Shown here piece by piece: positions 38,620 to 52,042 of a DNA stretch of 64,000 bases (position 1 is its first letter; each line of letters starts with the position of its first letter). Below the pieces are notes generated by a model, which saw only the letters and a program-made list of their open reading frames with translations, was not told where the DNA came from and ran no database searches. Source of the DNA: Haliotis cracherodii (Eukaryota); the NCBI RefSeq assembly GCF_022045235.1, contig NW_027266264.1, positions 88,660,001 through 88,724,000 on the forward strand, written 5' to 3'. The translations under genes and the position numbers were made by a program.

Positions 38620-39603
38620 GGGACATAGTCGGGGTCATGTGCTTCAACCACAATTCACCGTCTATCTTGCCCCACTCCCGAATAGGGTCTCGTGCCATAC
38701 GGTGTCGGAATTGCTGGTCGTAGTTTGACCAGCCAAAACCCCCGGAGCGGACTGCGGCATTACGGATTGTTTCCATGTATGCCAACATGCCCTGTATGGT
38801 AGACTGACAAAAATGTTTCACCAAGTAAATGCTCATATATATGTGGAAAGCTGACGTCCATTGGCCTATGCTTAGTGCCCTGGCATTAGCCGGCTTGGTC
38901 GGCGAGAATCGCAGATTACCTGAAGAATCCATCTGCATCTTAAATGCATCGTCATCGTCATGTGACTGTGCGCCTGGCGACAATGTAGTCAATTCCACAA
39001 ACTCCCCTCTCCATACTCTCTCCCGTACAACTTGACGGACGTGAGCACTGATAGCATCCGCCTGGAAGGTCAGGGAATCCCCTGTTCCCTGATTGGTTGA
39101 CCCCACTCCTGATTCTGCACATGGTGTGACGTCACAGGAAACTCCTGGCTCGCCCGAGTGTGCGCTGCTAAATGACAACACATCGGGATTTCTTGACACC
39201 ACCGACCCCGTTACCCCCAGATCATTTGTACTTACCCCTCGCATGCCAGTAAAGCTCCGAGAAGTACTTGGGCCATCCGTTTGCCTAGCATATCCAGTAT
39301 GCTGATGAGTTGGCTCGATATAGCTAGCCTCAATGGAATGGGCGACACCACTTGTTGGGGCTCTTCGATGTCTCCGTGATCGACTCGCGGGAGAACGTTT
39401 GAATTGTCCGAATCATCTGCTTCAACTAGCAAGTTAGCAGCTATTTGTACACTTGGCAAGGGGGGTCCGTGCAATGGAGATCTAGCTGATCTCCGTGACT
39501 TACCAGTAGCCGATGTCGCTTGCCGGACACTTGGTTCCCTCCTGGCTATTTTCCCGCTCCTTACGAGGCGGTGATTTAAGGGGGCCCGTCTTTTTGGTGG
39601 CAT
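38354..39603 (-). pseudogene. gag: Gag-like ORF1 of the retrotransposon, frameshifted near 39250-39410
   Basis: Start MPPKRR at 39603; VWRGEFVEL, IGQWTSAFHIYMSIY, GWSNYDQQFR, Zn finger CWDYNRSRCARPECKFIHKCSNCGEQHPAYSC; overlaps the RT ORF. Confidence 0.88.
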
Positions 39604-40543
39604 TCTTAATGGTAATTGCAACGAACTATATATGAATGTGCGAATATAACTATGTGTTGTACGGCTGAAAGCTGGAGAGCAAGTGCTGCGTGAGCTGATG
39701 TCACGCTACAACAGGTCATAGAAAATATAAACAAACGCTCCTTTACCGGACGTGCCAAGAGCGGATCTACACCAGAGATGATGGCACCATGCAAAACGGC
39801 ACGTAGCCGCACGGAATGAAGGTATTTCGCTGTAATAATATTAGCAACTGTGCCAAGCCTAACATAAAGGCATTTAGTTCTAATCACTAAATGCTATTAA
39901 AATGAAACAGAAACAGAACAAGCTATCAATCCGAATCACTCGACTTTATGCTAAAACCAATAATCCTCTTTCTTGAATTTATTATGCCATATACCAAAGC
40001 TAACTGGTCATCAAATCATTATGTAACCATACAATAACAAAATGTGTGGCCAAAGTTATGCTTCATGATCGGAGAATGAATAGAACAGAGTGCAAAAAGA
40101 AAACTAGAACGCTGTATTTACAAAAAAGGAAAGGCACAATAAGAAAGGTCACGTGGAATGCCGAGAAATGATGATATTGTCAACTAACAAAAAGAGGTCT
40201 CATGTGTCAAAGACAGTGGATTGAGTTTCCTGACTTTATGGCTTGGGGATGACGGCAGCAAACAACAAACCTGATCATAAAGGTAAACAGAGAGTCACAT
40301 TTACAACTTGCCAGGGACATCATGCATGATGTAGGTGCAGGTGATATGATTCCTAATATTAAATCTAAAATATTCTTATGTCTCTATCTGAAGCCATGTC
40401 TATGTCAATATCACTGGTTCCAGTGTCAGTCTATTGTTTACAGAGTTAATTACTGTTTTGGCAAGAGATGTCTGAACGTGATGACTAGATCTACTGCTGG
40501 AGGAGGTTGTATTGTGGAGGTTGTGGAGGTAGTGGCGGGGTTG

Positions 40544-42046
40544 CAGACCTGTCAACCCTCCCGCAATTTGATGAAATCTCCCAGTCTCCCGCATGATGTA
40601 CTATTTCTCCCGCAAAACAGAATTCTTCATTATTTAAAAAATTCGCCTCCATTGTCCCGTGAGTCAAAACAATGAACGGGACATTTGCGTCCCGATCTGT
40701 CAGGTAGGCTCCCGGATTAGCGACCCTTATCACAGCCACCCACAGGGGGACCCACATGGGCCTTTGTCCAGTAATCAACTGGTAATTAAATTCATATGGT
40801 GAACGATTGAACAATGTAAACTCTTAAGAAAACTTGGATAGTCCTGAAGGGTTGAACTTGAAAGGAAAAATCAGTCAAGTATTCATCACTTCATGAAATG
40901 AACTTTTGTCTTCATGTTCTTAGCGTGTTTATTCTTCCTATAATTTAAGAACGTAGATACATATGGCCGGTCCATTTATACATGACTTTATTGGTTATCA
41001 GATTTGTCAGAAACTTTGTTAAAACATCAACATACCTCAAAGTTACGTCATTGAACTCTTGGAAATGAAAATAAAATATGTCCTGCAAGCGCCGTCTTCA
41101 GAAACACCACTATGCGTGATTGGTTGATTCGGTAGTCGAAATAACAATGAATTACACGATCAGGCTTCCTCACAGCTAGGGTTTCAAAGTCAAAGTTGAA
41201 AGTGAAACTTATAAATTTCCTTTTGACTGACATCGTGTGCACAGAAAATATCAAAATAGAACTTTATCAAATTTCGCGAGAATGTATCATGTGATTATTT
41301 TACATGATTTTTATTGGCTAATAGTTTGCTTGCGTCCCAGATCTGCAATCTAATTTGCATACAACAGTACTAGTCAACCAATGAGATTAATACACGTCAA
41401 GGCCAGAAAGGTCAACAACGACAACGAGACTCATTTCATTCATAAATTGTAGTAAAACGTAATACCGGTAGTACTTCCAAATATGGCATACATTTCTTGG
41501 AATGGAAAAACGTGAACATTTCTAGGAAATTAAAGAAGCGAAGTAATGGGAGTGTCAACAGACTACCGCAGAAAAACCCAAATTAGGGGCAATGATGTTG
41601 CATCAGGATAAATGCATTTGATATTTCTTTTGCGAATTTTGTAACCAACATCGCGCCAAATACTCAGAAAACCTGCATTGTAACGAAGCCTGACAACTGG
41701 TTGGATTGAACACGTCGTCAACTGGTCAAGCTACCGATTGTGAAATTTCAATATCTGTTAGCCTTTATCTGAGATGATCTTTGAACGAAAGTAATATGGG
41801 TAGATTGTGCTGGGTTTATTTTTGGAGGAGGAAAATGCAAACGGAAATTAAGCAAGCTGTACGTATAAGAAACTTATTGATTATTTATTGTTTCAAAATA
41901 TTTGGTTTTCTTTGTAACATATTAAAAATAAAAGTTGGAAATTATCTTATCTTCACTATTTTAAAAATCTCCCCCTTTGGAGGCAAATCTCCCCCATTTT
42001 GAAGTCAAATCTCCCACATTGTCATGTTGAGGGGTTGACAGGTCTA
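40544..42046. mobile_element. Non-autonomous TIR element, hAT-like, 1.5 kb
   Basis: TIRs CAGACCTGTCAACCC and GGGTTGACAGGTCTA; flanking GGGTTG on both sides (only 6 bp match); subterminal AAATCTCCC repeats. Confidence 0.7.
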
Positions 42047-42149
42047 GGGTTGTCATGTGCTAAAGGGAGGTTGTGATCGGGAGGTGTTCTGGGTACAACT
42101 ACTCCAGGTCTACAGACACAATGTTGACCGGGACACCACTCATGGAGAC

Positions 42150-44690
42150 GTGTTCCAGACAGAGCTACTAACTGTGTGCGGCAAGAGAGAACAGTGTTGC
42201 AGACAGAGCTACTGACTGTGTGTGGAGAAACAGAACAGTGTTGCAGACAGAGCTACTGACTGTGTGTGGAGAAACAGAACAGTGTTGCAGACAGAGCTAC
42301 TAACTGTGTGTGGAGAAACAGAACAGTGTTGCAGACAGAGCTACTGACTGTGTGTGGAGAAACAGAACAGTGTTGCAGACAGAGCTACTAACTGTGTGTG
42401 GAGAAACAGAACAGTGTTGCAGACAGAGCAACTGACTGTGTGTGGAGAGACAGAACAGTGTTGCAGACAGAGCTACTAACTGTGTGTGGAGAAACAGAAC
42501 AGTGTTGCAGACAGAGCTACTGACTGTGTGTGGAGAAACAGAACAGTGCTGCAGACAGAGCTACTAACTGTGTGTGGAGAAACAGAACAGTGCTGCAGAC
42601 AGAGCTACTAACTGTGTGCGGCAAGAGAGAACAGTGTTGCTGACAGAGCTACTAACTGTGTGCGACAAGAGAGAACAGTGTTGCAGACAGAGCTACTAAC
42701 TGTGTGTGGAGAAACAGAACAGTGTTGCAGACAGAGCTACTAACTGTGTGTGGAGAAACAGAACAGTGTTGCAGACAGAGCTACTAACTGTGTGTGGAGA
42801 AACAGAACAGTGCTGCAGACAGAGCTACTAACTGTGTGCGGCAAGAGAGAACAGTGTTGCTGACAGAGCTACTAACTGTGTGCGGCAAGAGAGAACAGTG
42901 TTGCAGACAGAGCTACTGACTGTGTGTGGAGAGACAGAACAGTGTTGCAGACAGAGCTACTAATCTTTGTGTGGAAGACAGAACAGTGTTGCAGACAGAG
43001 CTACTAACTGTGTGTGGAGAAACAGAACAGTGTTGCAGACAGAGCTACTAACTGTGTGTGGAGAAACAGAACAGTGTTGCAGACAGAGCTACTAACTGTG
43101 TGTGCAGAAAAAGAACAGTGCTGCAGACAGAGCTACTAACTGTGTGCGGCAAGAGAGAACAGTGTTGCTGACAGCTACTAACTGTGTGCGGCAAGAGAGA
43201 ACAGTGTTGCAGACAGAGCTACTGACTGTGTGTGGAGAAACAGAACAGTGTTGCAGACAGAGCTACTAACTTTGTGTGGAAGACAGAACAGTGTTGCAGA
43301 CAGAGCTACTAACTGAATGTGGAGAAACAGAACAGTGTTGCAGACAGAGCTACTAACTGTGTGTGGAGAAACAACAGTGTTGCAGACAGAGCTACTAACT
43401 GAGTGTGGAGAAACAGAACAGTGTTGCAGACAGAGCTACTAACTGTGTGCGGCAAGAGAGAACAGTGTTCCAGACAGAGCTACTAACTGTGTGTGGAGAG
43501 ACAGAAAAATGTTGCAGACAGAGCTACTAACTGTGTGTGGAAGATAGAACAGTGTTGCAGACAGAGCTACTAACTGTGTCTCATGACAGAACAGTGTTGC
43601 AGACAGAGCTACTAACTGTGTGTGGAAGACAGAACAGTGTTGCAGACAGAGCTACTAACTGTGTGTGTCATGACAGAAAAATGCTGCAGACAGAGCTACT
43701 AACTGTGTGTGGAAGACAGAACAGTGTTGCAGACAGAGCTACTAACTGTGTGTGGAAGACGGAACAGTGTTGCAGACAGAGCTACTAACTGTGTGTGGAA
43801 GACAGAACAGTGTTGCAGACAGAGCTACTAACTGTGTGTGGAAGACAGAACAGTGTTGCAGACAGAGCTACTAACTGTGTGTGGAAGACAGAACAGTGTT
43901 GCAGACAGACCTACTAAGTGTATGTGGCATGACAGAACAGTGTTGCAGACAGAGCTATTAACTGTGTGTGGCATGACAGAACAGTGTTGCAGACAGAGCT
44001 ACTTACTGTTTGTGGAGAGACAGAACAGTGTTGCAGACAGAGCTACTAACTGTGAGTGGAGAAACAGAACAGTGTTCCAGACAGAGCTACTAACTGTGTG
44101 TGGAAGACAGAACAGTGTTGCAGACAGACCTACTAAGGGTATGTGGCATGACAGAACAGTGTTGCAGACAGAGCTATTAACTGTGTGTGGCATGACAGAA
44201 CAGTGTTGCAAACAGAGCTATTAACTGTGTGTGGCATGACAGAACAGTGTTGCAGACAGAGCTATTAACTGTGTGTTGCATGACAGAACAGTGTTCCAGA
44301 CAGAGCTACTAACTGTGTGTGGAAGACAGAACAGTGTTGCAGACAGATCTACTAAGGGTATGTGGCATGACAGAACAGTGTTGCAGACAGAGCTACTAAC
44401 TGTGTGCGGCAAGAGAGAACAGTGTTGCAGACAGAGCTACTAACTGTGTGTGGAAGACAGAACAGTGTTGCAGACAGAGCTACTAACTGTGTGTGGAGAA
44501 ACAGAACAGTGTTGCAGACAGAGCTACTAACTGTGTGTGGAAGACAGAACAGTGTTGCAGACAGATCTACTAACTGTGTGTGGCATGACAGAACAGTGTT
44601 GCAGACAGAGCTACTAACTGTGTGTGGAAGACAGAACAGTGTTGCAGACAGAGCTACTAACTGTGTGACATGACAGAACAGTGTTGCACA
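42150..44690. repeat. Minisatellite, ~44-bp unit
   Basis: Unit CAGACAGAGCTACTAACTGTGTGTGGAGAAACAGAACAGTGTTG. Confidence 0.96.
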
Positions 44691-45670
44691 TAAAGTGGAA
44701 CTCAAGTTACAGAGATGAAATATTGACAGGGGACATCGTTGTGGGACCGGGTTCTAGAGCTGATGCAGTCCTGGTTTCCAGGAATGTCCTGGAGATAACA
44801 TGCAGGAAATCATTGCTCAGTTGCTAGATATTGATTTAGGACATGAAAAGTCATAACTGTTTGGAAATAATGTAGGTTTTGCGTAAACGTATCCTGATTC
44901 TATAAGGGGGAATGGAATGATTTCTGTCGTCTATAACAATGTTTCCCTGGCAACAGCATTAATAGAGGGAATGGAAGTAAAAGTGAAGTATAATCTCATC
45001 TTCTACATGCAGGGTATTGAATATAGCCTCATCTTCTATATGGAGGGTGTTAAATATAATCTCATCTTCTACATGCAGGGTATTCAATATAGACTCATCT
45101 TCTACATGGAGGGTATAGAATATAATCTCATCTTCTATATGCAGGGTATTGAATATAGTCTCATCTTCTACATACAAGGTATAGAATATAGTCTCATCTT
45201 CTACATACAAGGTATGGAATATAGTATCATCTTCTACATGCAGGGTATTGAATATAGCCTCATCTTCTATATGCAGAAAATTGAATGTAGTCTCATCTTC
45301 TACATTGAGGGTATTGAATATAGCCTCATCCTTATATGCAGGGTATTGAATATAGTCTCATCTTCTACATGCAGGGTATTGCATATAGTCTCATCTTCTA
45401 CATGCAGGGTATTGAATATAGCCTCATCTTCTATATGCAGTGTATTGAATATAGTCTCATCTTCTATATGGAGGGTATTGAATATAGCCTCATCTTCTAT
45501 ATACAGTGTATTGAATATAGCCTCATCATCTATATGGAGGGTATTGAATATATTCTCATCTTCTATATGGAGGGTATTGAATATAGCCTCATCTGCTTTA
45601 TGGAGGGTATTGAATATAGGCTCATCTTCTATATGGAGGGTATTGAATATAGCACCATCTTCTACATGCA

Positions 45671-45956
45671 GGGGGGGGGGCACGGGTGGCCCAGTCGTCT
45701 AAGGCGCCGCGATTCGCTGTGCAGAGTTGCGTCCCTTGGGCACGCCAGAAACCTATGATCGTTGGTTCGAATCCTGGTTCGCCCCGATTATGTTTCTAGG
45801 TTTGTCAGCACCATACCCGTGCTCGTGGGTTTCACCGAAGTGGTAAACGTCTGAGACCTGCATCACTTCGGGCTTTCCTCCCACAATAAGCTGACACGCC
45901 ATGATATAACTGGAATACTGTTAAAAGCGGCGTTAAACCCAACTCACTCACTCTAC
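45671..45956 (+). mobile_element. tRNA-derived SINE family C, full length
   Basis: A-box TGGCCCAGTCGTCTAAGGCG, B-box GGTTCGAATCC, tail AACTGGAATACTGTTAAAAGCGGCGTTAAA..ACTCACTC; TSD TCTACATGCA(GGG). Confidence 0.9.
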
Positions 45957-47284
45957 TCTACATGCAGGGTATTGAATATAGCCTCATCTTCTACATGCAG
46001 AGTATTGAATATAGTCTCATCTTCTATATGCAGAGTATTGAATATAGCCTCATCTTCTATATGGAGGGTATTGAATATAGCCTCATCTTCTACATGCAGG
46101 GTATTGAATATAGTCTCATCTTCTACATGCAGGGTATTGAATATAGCCTCATCTTCTACATGCAGGGTATTGAATATAGCCTCATCCTCTATATGGAGGG
46201 TGTTAAATATAATCTCATCTTCTATATGGACGGTATTGAATGTAGCCTAATCTTCCACATGCAGGGTATTGAATATAGTCTCATCTTCTACATGCTGGGT
46301 ATTGAATATAGCCTCATCTTCTTTATGGAGGGTATTGAATATAGTCTCATCTCTAAATGCAGAGTATTAAATAAAGCCTGATCTTCTACATTGAGGGTTT
46401 TGAATATAGACTCATCTTATATATGCAGAGTATTGAATATATTCTCATCTTCTACATGCACGGTATTGAATATAGCCTCATCTTCTAAATGCAGGGTATT
46501 GAATATAGCCTCATCTTCTACATGCAGGGTATTGAATATAGTCCCATCTTCTACATGCAGGGTATTGAATATAGTCTTATCTTCTATATGGAGGGTATTG
46601 AATATATTATTATCTTCTATATGGAGGGTATTGAATATAGTCTCATCTCTAAATGCAGAATATTAGATATAGCTTCATCTTCTACATTGAGGGTATTGAA
46701 TATAGGCTCATCTTCTACATGCATGGTATTGAATATAGCCTCATCTTCTACATGCAGGGTATTGAATATAGTGTCATCTTCTTTATGCAGTTTATTGAAT
46801 ATAGTCTCATCTTCTATATGCAGAGTATAGAATTTAGCCTCATCTTCTATATGGAGGGTGTTAAATATAATCTCATCTTCTATATGGAGGGTACTGAATG
46901 TAGCCTCATCTTCTACATGCAGAGTATTAAATATAGCTTCATCTTCTACATTGAGGGTATTGAATATAGTCTCATCTTCTATATGCAGAGTATTGAATAA
47001 AGTCTCATCTTCTACATGCAGGGTATTGAATATAGCCTCATCTTCTACATGCAGGGTATTGAATATAGCCTCATCTTCTATATGGAGAGTATTGAATGTA
47101 GTCTCATCTTCTACATTGAGGGTATTGAATATAGCCTCATCATCTATATGGAGGGTATTGAATATATTCTCATCTTCTATATGGAGGGTTTTGAATATAG
47201 CCTCATCTGCTTTATGTATGGTATTGAATATAGGCTCATCTTCTATATGGAGGGTATTGAATATAGCACCATCTTCTACATGCA

Positions 47285-47573
47285 GGGGGGGGGCACGGGT
47301 GGCCCAGTCGTCTAAGGCGCCGCGATTCGCTGTGCAGAGTTGCGTCCCTTGGGCACGCCAGAAACCTATGATTGTGGGTTCGAATCCCGGTTCGCCCCGA
47401 TTATGTTTCTAGGTTTGTCAGCACCATACCCATGCTCGTGGGTTTCACCGAAGTGGTAAACGTCTGAGACCTGCATCACTTCGGGCTTTCCTCCCACATT
47501 AAGCTGACACGCCGTGATATAACTGGAATACTGTTAAAAGCGGCGTTAAACCAAACTCACTCACTCACTCTAC
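47285..47573 (+). mobile_element. tRNA-derived SINE family C, second copy
   Basis: Near-identical to 45671-45956 with the same TSD and flanks. Confidence 0.9.
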
Positions 47574-50329
47574 TCTACATGCAGGGTATTGAATATAGAC
47601 TCATCTTCTACATGCAGAGTATTGAATATAGTCTCATCTTCTATATGCAGAGTATTGAATATAGCCTCATCTTCTACATGCAGGGTATTGAATATAGCTT
47701 CATCTTCTATATGGAGGGTGTTAAATATAGTCTCATCTTCTATATGGACGGTATTGAATGTAGCCTAATCTTCTACATGCAGGGTATTGAATAGTCTCAT
47801 CTTCTACATGCTGGGTATTGAATATAGCCTCATCTTCTACACTGAGGGTATTGAATATAGTCTCTTCTTCTATATGGAGGGTATTGAATATAGCCTAATC
47901 TTCTATATGCAGTGTATTTAATATAGTCTCATCTTCTATATGCAGGGTATTGAATATAGTCTCATCTTCTATATGGAGGGTATTGAATATAGTCTCATCT
48001 TCTACATGCAGGGTATTGAATATAGTCTCATCTTCTATATGGAGGGTGTTGAAAATAGTCTCATTTTCTATATAGAGGGTATTGAATATAGTCTCATCTC
48101 TATATGCAGGGTATTGAATATAGTCTCATCTTCTATATGGAGGGTATTGAATATAGTCTCATCTTCTATATGGAGGGTATTGAATATAGTCTCATCTTCT
48201 ATATGGAGGGTATTGAATATAGTCTCATCTCTAAATGCAGAGTATTAAATAAAGCCTCATCTTCTACATTGAGGGTATTGAATATAGGCTCATCTTATAT
48301 ATGCAGGGTATTGAATATATTCTCATCTTCTACATGCAGGGTATTGAATATAGCCTCATCTTCTACATGCAGGGTATTGAATATAGCCTCATCTTCTACA
48401 TGCAGGGTATTGAATATAGTCTCATCTCTAAATGCAGAATATTAGACAAAGCCTGATCTTCTACATTGAGGGTATTGAATATAGGCTCATCTTATATATG
48501 CAGAGTATTGAATATATTCTCATCTTCTACATGCACGGTATTGAATATAGCCTCATCTTCTACATGCAGGGTATTGAATATAGTCTCATCTTCTAAATGC
48601 AGGGTATTGAATATTGCCTCATCTTCTACATGCAGGGTATTGAATATAGCCTCATCTTCTACATGCAGGGTATTGAATATAGCCTCATCTTCTACATGCA
48701 GGGTATTGAATATAGTCCCATCTTCTACATGCGGGTATTGAATATAGTCTCATCTTCTATATGGAGGGTATTGAATATAGTCTCATCTTCTATATGGAGG
48801 GTATTGAATATAGTCTCATCTTCTACATGCATGGTATTGAATATAGTCTCATCTTCTATATGCAGAGTATTGAATAAAGTGTCATCTTCTTTATGCAGTT
48901 TATTGAATATAGTCTCATCTTCTACATTGAGGGTATTGAATATAGTCTCATCTTCTATATGCAGAGTATTGAATAAAGTCTCATCTTCTACATGCAGGGT
49001 ATTGAATATAGCCTCATCATCTACATTCAGGATATTGAATATAGTCTCATCTTCTTTATGCAGTGTATTGGATATAGTCGCATCTTCTACATGCAGGGCT
49101 TTGAATATAGTCTCATCTTCTATATGCAGAGTATTGAATAAAGCCTCATCTGCTATATGGAAGGTGTTAAATATAATCTCATCTTCTATATGGAGGGTAT
49201 TGAATGTAGCCTCATCATCTACAAGTAGGATATTGAATATAGCCTCATCTTCTACATTCAGTGTATTGAATATAGTCTCAGCTTCTACATGCAGGGTATT
49301 GAATATAGTCTCATCTTCTTTATGCAGGGTATTGAATATAGTCTCATCTTCTACATGGAGTGTAATGAATATAGCCTCATCTTCTTTATGCAGGGTATTG
49401 AATATAGTCTCAACTTCTTTATGGAGGGTATTGAATATAGCCTCATCTTCTTTATGGAGGGTATTGAATATAGCCTCATCTTCTTTATGGAGGGTAATGA
49501 ATATAGCCTCATCTTCTTTATGGAGGTTATTGAATATAGCCTCATCTTCTTTATGGAGGGTATTGAATATAGCCTCATCTTCTATATTGAGGGTATTGAA
49601 TATAGCCTCATCTTCTGTATTGAGGGTATCGAATATAGCCTCATCTTCTTTATGGAGGGTATTGAATGTAGCCTCATCTTCTTTATGGAGGGTATTGATT
49701 ATAGCCTCATCTTCTTTATGGAGGGTAATGAATATAGCCTCATCTTCTTTATGGAGGGTATTGATTATAGCCTCATCTTCTTTATGGAGGGTATTGATTA
49801 TAGCCTCATCTTCTTTATGGAGGGTATTGAATGTAGCCTCATCTTCTTTATGGAGGGTATTGATTATAGCCTCATCTTCTTTATGGAGGGTAATGAATAT
49901 AGCCTCATTTTCTTTGTGGAGGGTATTGATTATAGCCTCATCTTCTTTATGGAGGGTATTGATTATAGCCTCATCTTCTTTATGGAGGGTATTGATTATA
50001 GCCTCATCTTCTATATGGAGGGTATTGATTATAGCCTCATCTTCTTTATGGAGGGTAATGAATATAGCCTCATCTTCTTTATGGAGGGTATTGATTATAG
50101 CCTCATCTTCTTTATGGAGGGTATTGATTATAGCCTCATCTTCTTTATGGAGGGTATTGAATATAGCCTCATCTTCTTTATGGAGGGTATTGATTATAGC
50201 CTCATCTTCTTTATGGAGGGTATTGAACAACCACCTACAACCTGACCATCAATCTGACCCATCATGTGGTTGCTACATGTATTTATCACGATGATTTCAG
50301 ATTTCTATGGATTTGTTTGATCTTCATAT

Positions 50330-52042
50330 CAGGGGTCCGGAAAACTTAAAATCCCAATCGGACATTTACATTTATGCCACGCCCCCTTCAAACAGCATGT
50401 TTTAGTACGACTTTTTACACACAAATTACAAGTTGTTACGTATTCATAATATGATGAATTATGAATTGTTTCAATTTAAATTGTTTAATTCACCGGACAA
50501 TTAATAACAAATAATATCATTTTAGATATATATGGAAAACATACGTTTGTTAACGATCTGTCAACGTTGTGAACAGTCTAATTAATATTCATGAGTCTGC
50601 TCAAGTGTACGCGTTGTAACATTTGGATCGAGACTATTATCCCATATTTGGTTATCACGTGACCTCACGGGAAAAGTGTTTTTTTTAAACTAAAGATTAT
50701 TTAAAAACAAGACAGATAATATAATCATAAATCCTAAACTATCGTTGATAGCAGTAGTTATTTGAATACTTTTTCATCTGTACTTAATTATTGACCATCA
50801 ACAAATTTGGGGAGTAGTGCACTTTACCGGGCGCACTTTTTCAGATCCAATTAGCGCTGTAGGGGCTCGAACGCGCTTCGCCGGCTCACCGGCTCTGCTA
50901 ATTAATGCGTGTGACGTCACTGCCCGCTCTCCCATTCATCTTTTCTTGAAACCACACCCGCAATTGTTTATGTCAACATGACCGACCAATGGGATTAACT
51001 GGATTAACGCTTGAAAAGGTAAGAATTTATGGCTAACCCTTGCCCAAAGCCAGCTGACCCTAATGACCGAAAAGGGGTTTTGGATCGTAAAGACGTGTAA
51101 GTTTCCCTAAGACCGAAAAACGGGTGTTGGATCGTAAAGTTGTGTAAGTTTCCCTAAGACCTAGAACGGGTGTTTGATTGTAAAGTTGTGTAAGTTTCCC
51201 TAAGACCGAGAACGGGTGTTTGATTGTAAAGATGTGTAAGTTTCCCTAAGACCGAAAACGGGTGTTGGATCGTGAAGCGAGAGTCACCAGAGCGTGAGGC
51301 ACGGTAACGGTATAACGAGACAGCGGTGGCACTATAGCGCGGTAATTGAGCGGATGGTAGAGCTCGGGCTGCGCCCGGTAAACTGCATTGTTGCCCAAAT
51401 TTGATATCGATCGTCCGAGAAAGCAAAATGGCGGTCAATCAAGATTCAATATACGACTAGCTACTGAAAACAATAAAATCTGCAAATCCTCGTTGTATGT
51501 CAACCAAGTGAAAGTCGTTAGCCACGACTTACAAAATGATCATTCAGACTTTGAGGGTTTGGCAGATCCGCTCGACTGATCTGCATCGGTCGACTGGCTG
51601 TCGTCACGCTTTCGCTTCTTGACTGAGGTTACGTATCGTAGCATTGTGAGGATAATGAGGTACATCGATGATGCAAGGTATTTTTGTACAGTTGTAAACA
51701 CATTTTACTCAAATCAACAAGATGTTCTCAGTAATAAATCCTCGATTAATCAGTGTCAACTCAGTTTATTGACTATTACAGTGATTGACCGATTGGACTA
51801 TCATTCTAGGTACGATGTATTTACAGCAATCAAAACAAACAAAGCTTGTCAGTGTAGATAATCTTCATTGTGTTACAACTGCAGACAGAAATTGCTCAGT
51901 CTTAACTGTTGATCATGTCCGGTCAAAATTTAAGAATGTCCGGACAGAAAAATTTAAATGTCCGGTAAGCAATATTTTAGACCGGACATTTGAGATTCCC
52001 AATCGGACATGTTCGGCGCATATGACGGTTTCCGGACCCCTG
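50330..52042. mobile_element. Non-autonomous hAT element, 1713 bp
   Basis: Perfect 14-bp TIR CAGGGGTCCGGAAA; perfect 8-bp TSD CTTCATAT at 50322-29 and 52043-50; subterminal CGGACA motifs. Confidence 0.92.
50809..51396. mobile_element. Nested TIR element with an internal ~46-47-bp tandem array
   Basis: Imperfect TIRs GGGGAGTAGTGCACTTTACCGGGCGCA and TGCGCCCGGTAAACTGCATTGTTGCCC, flanked by AAATTT on both sides; CCCTAAGACCGAAAACGGGTGTTGGATCGTAAAG.. repeated ~5 times at ~51057-51275. Confidence 0.7.

Larger units (their letters stand above)
33400..39700 (-). mobile_element. Tyrosine-recombinase retrotransposon (DIRS order, Ngaro-like) with SGNH hydrolase; decayed, ends approximate
   Basis: Overlapping ORFs in order gag, RT/RNase H, YR, SGNH on the minus strand; terminal repeats not located. 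Confidence 0.92.
44985..50228. repeat. Minisatellite, 33-bp unit, containing two SINE copies
   Basis: Unit ATGCAGGGTATTGAATATAGCCTCATCTTCTAC. Confidence 0.96.

Noticed and set aside
42150-44690. CRISPR-like appearance (constant part plus short variable part)
   Set aside because: The variable segments are a few recurring variants, not unique spacers; no cas genes; eukaryotic context
45671-45790. Functional tRNA gene
   Set aside because: Followed by a SINE body, simple-repeat tail and TSD; no clean cloverleaf
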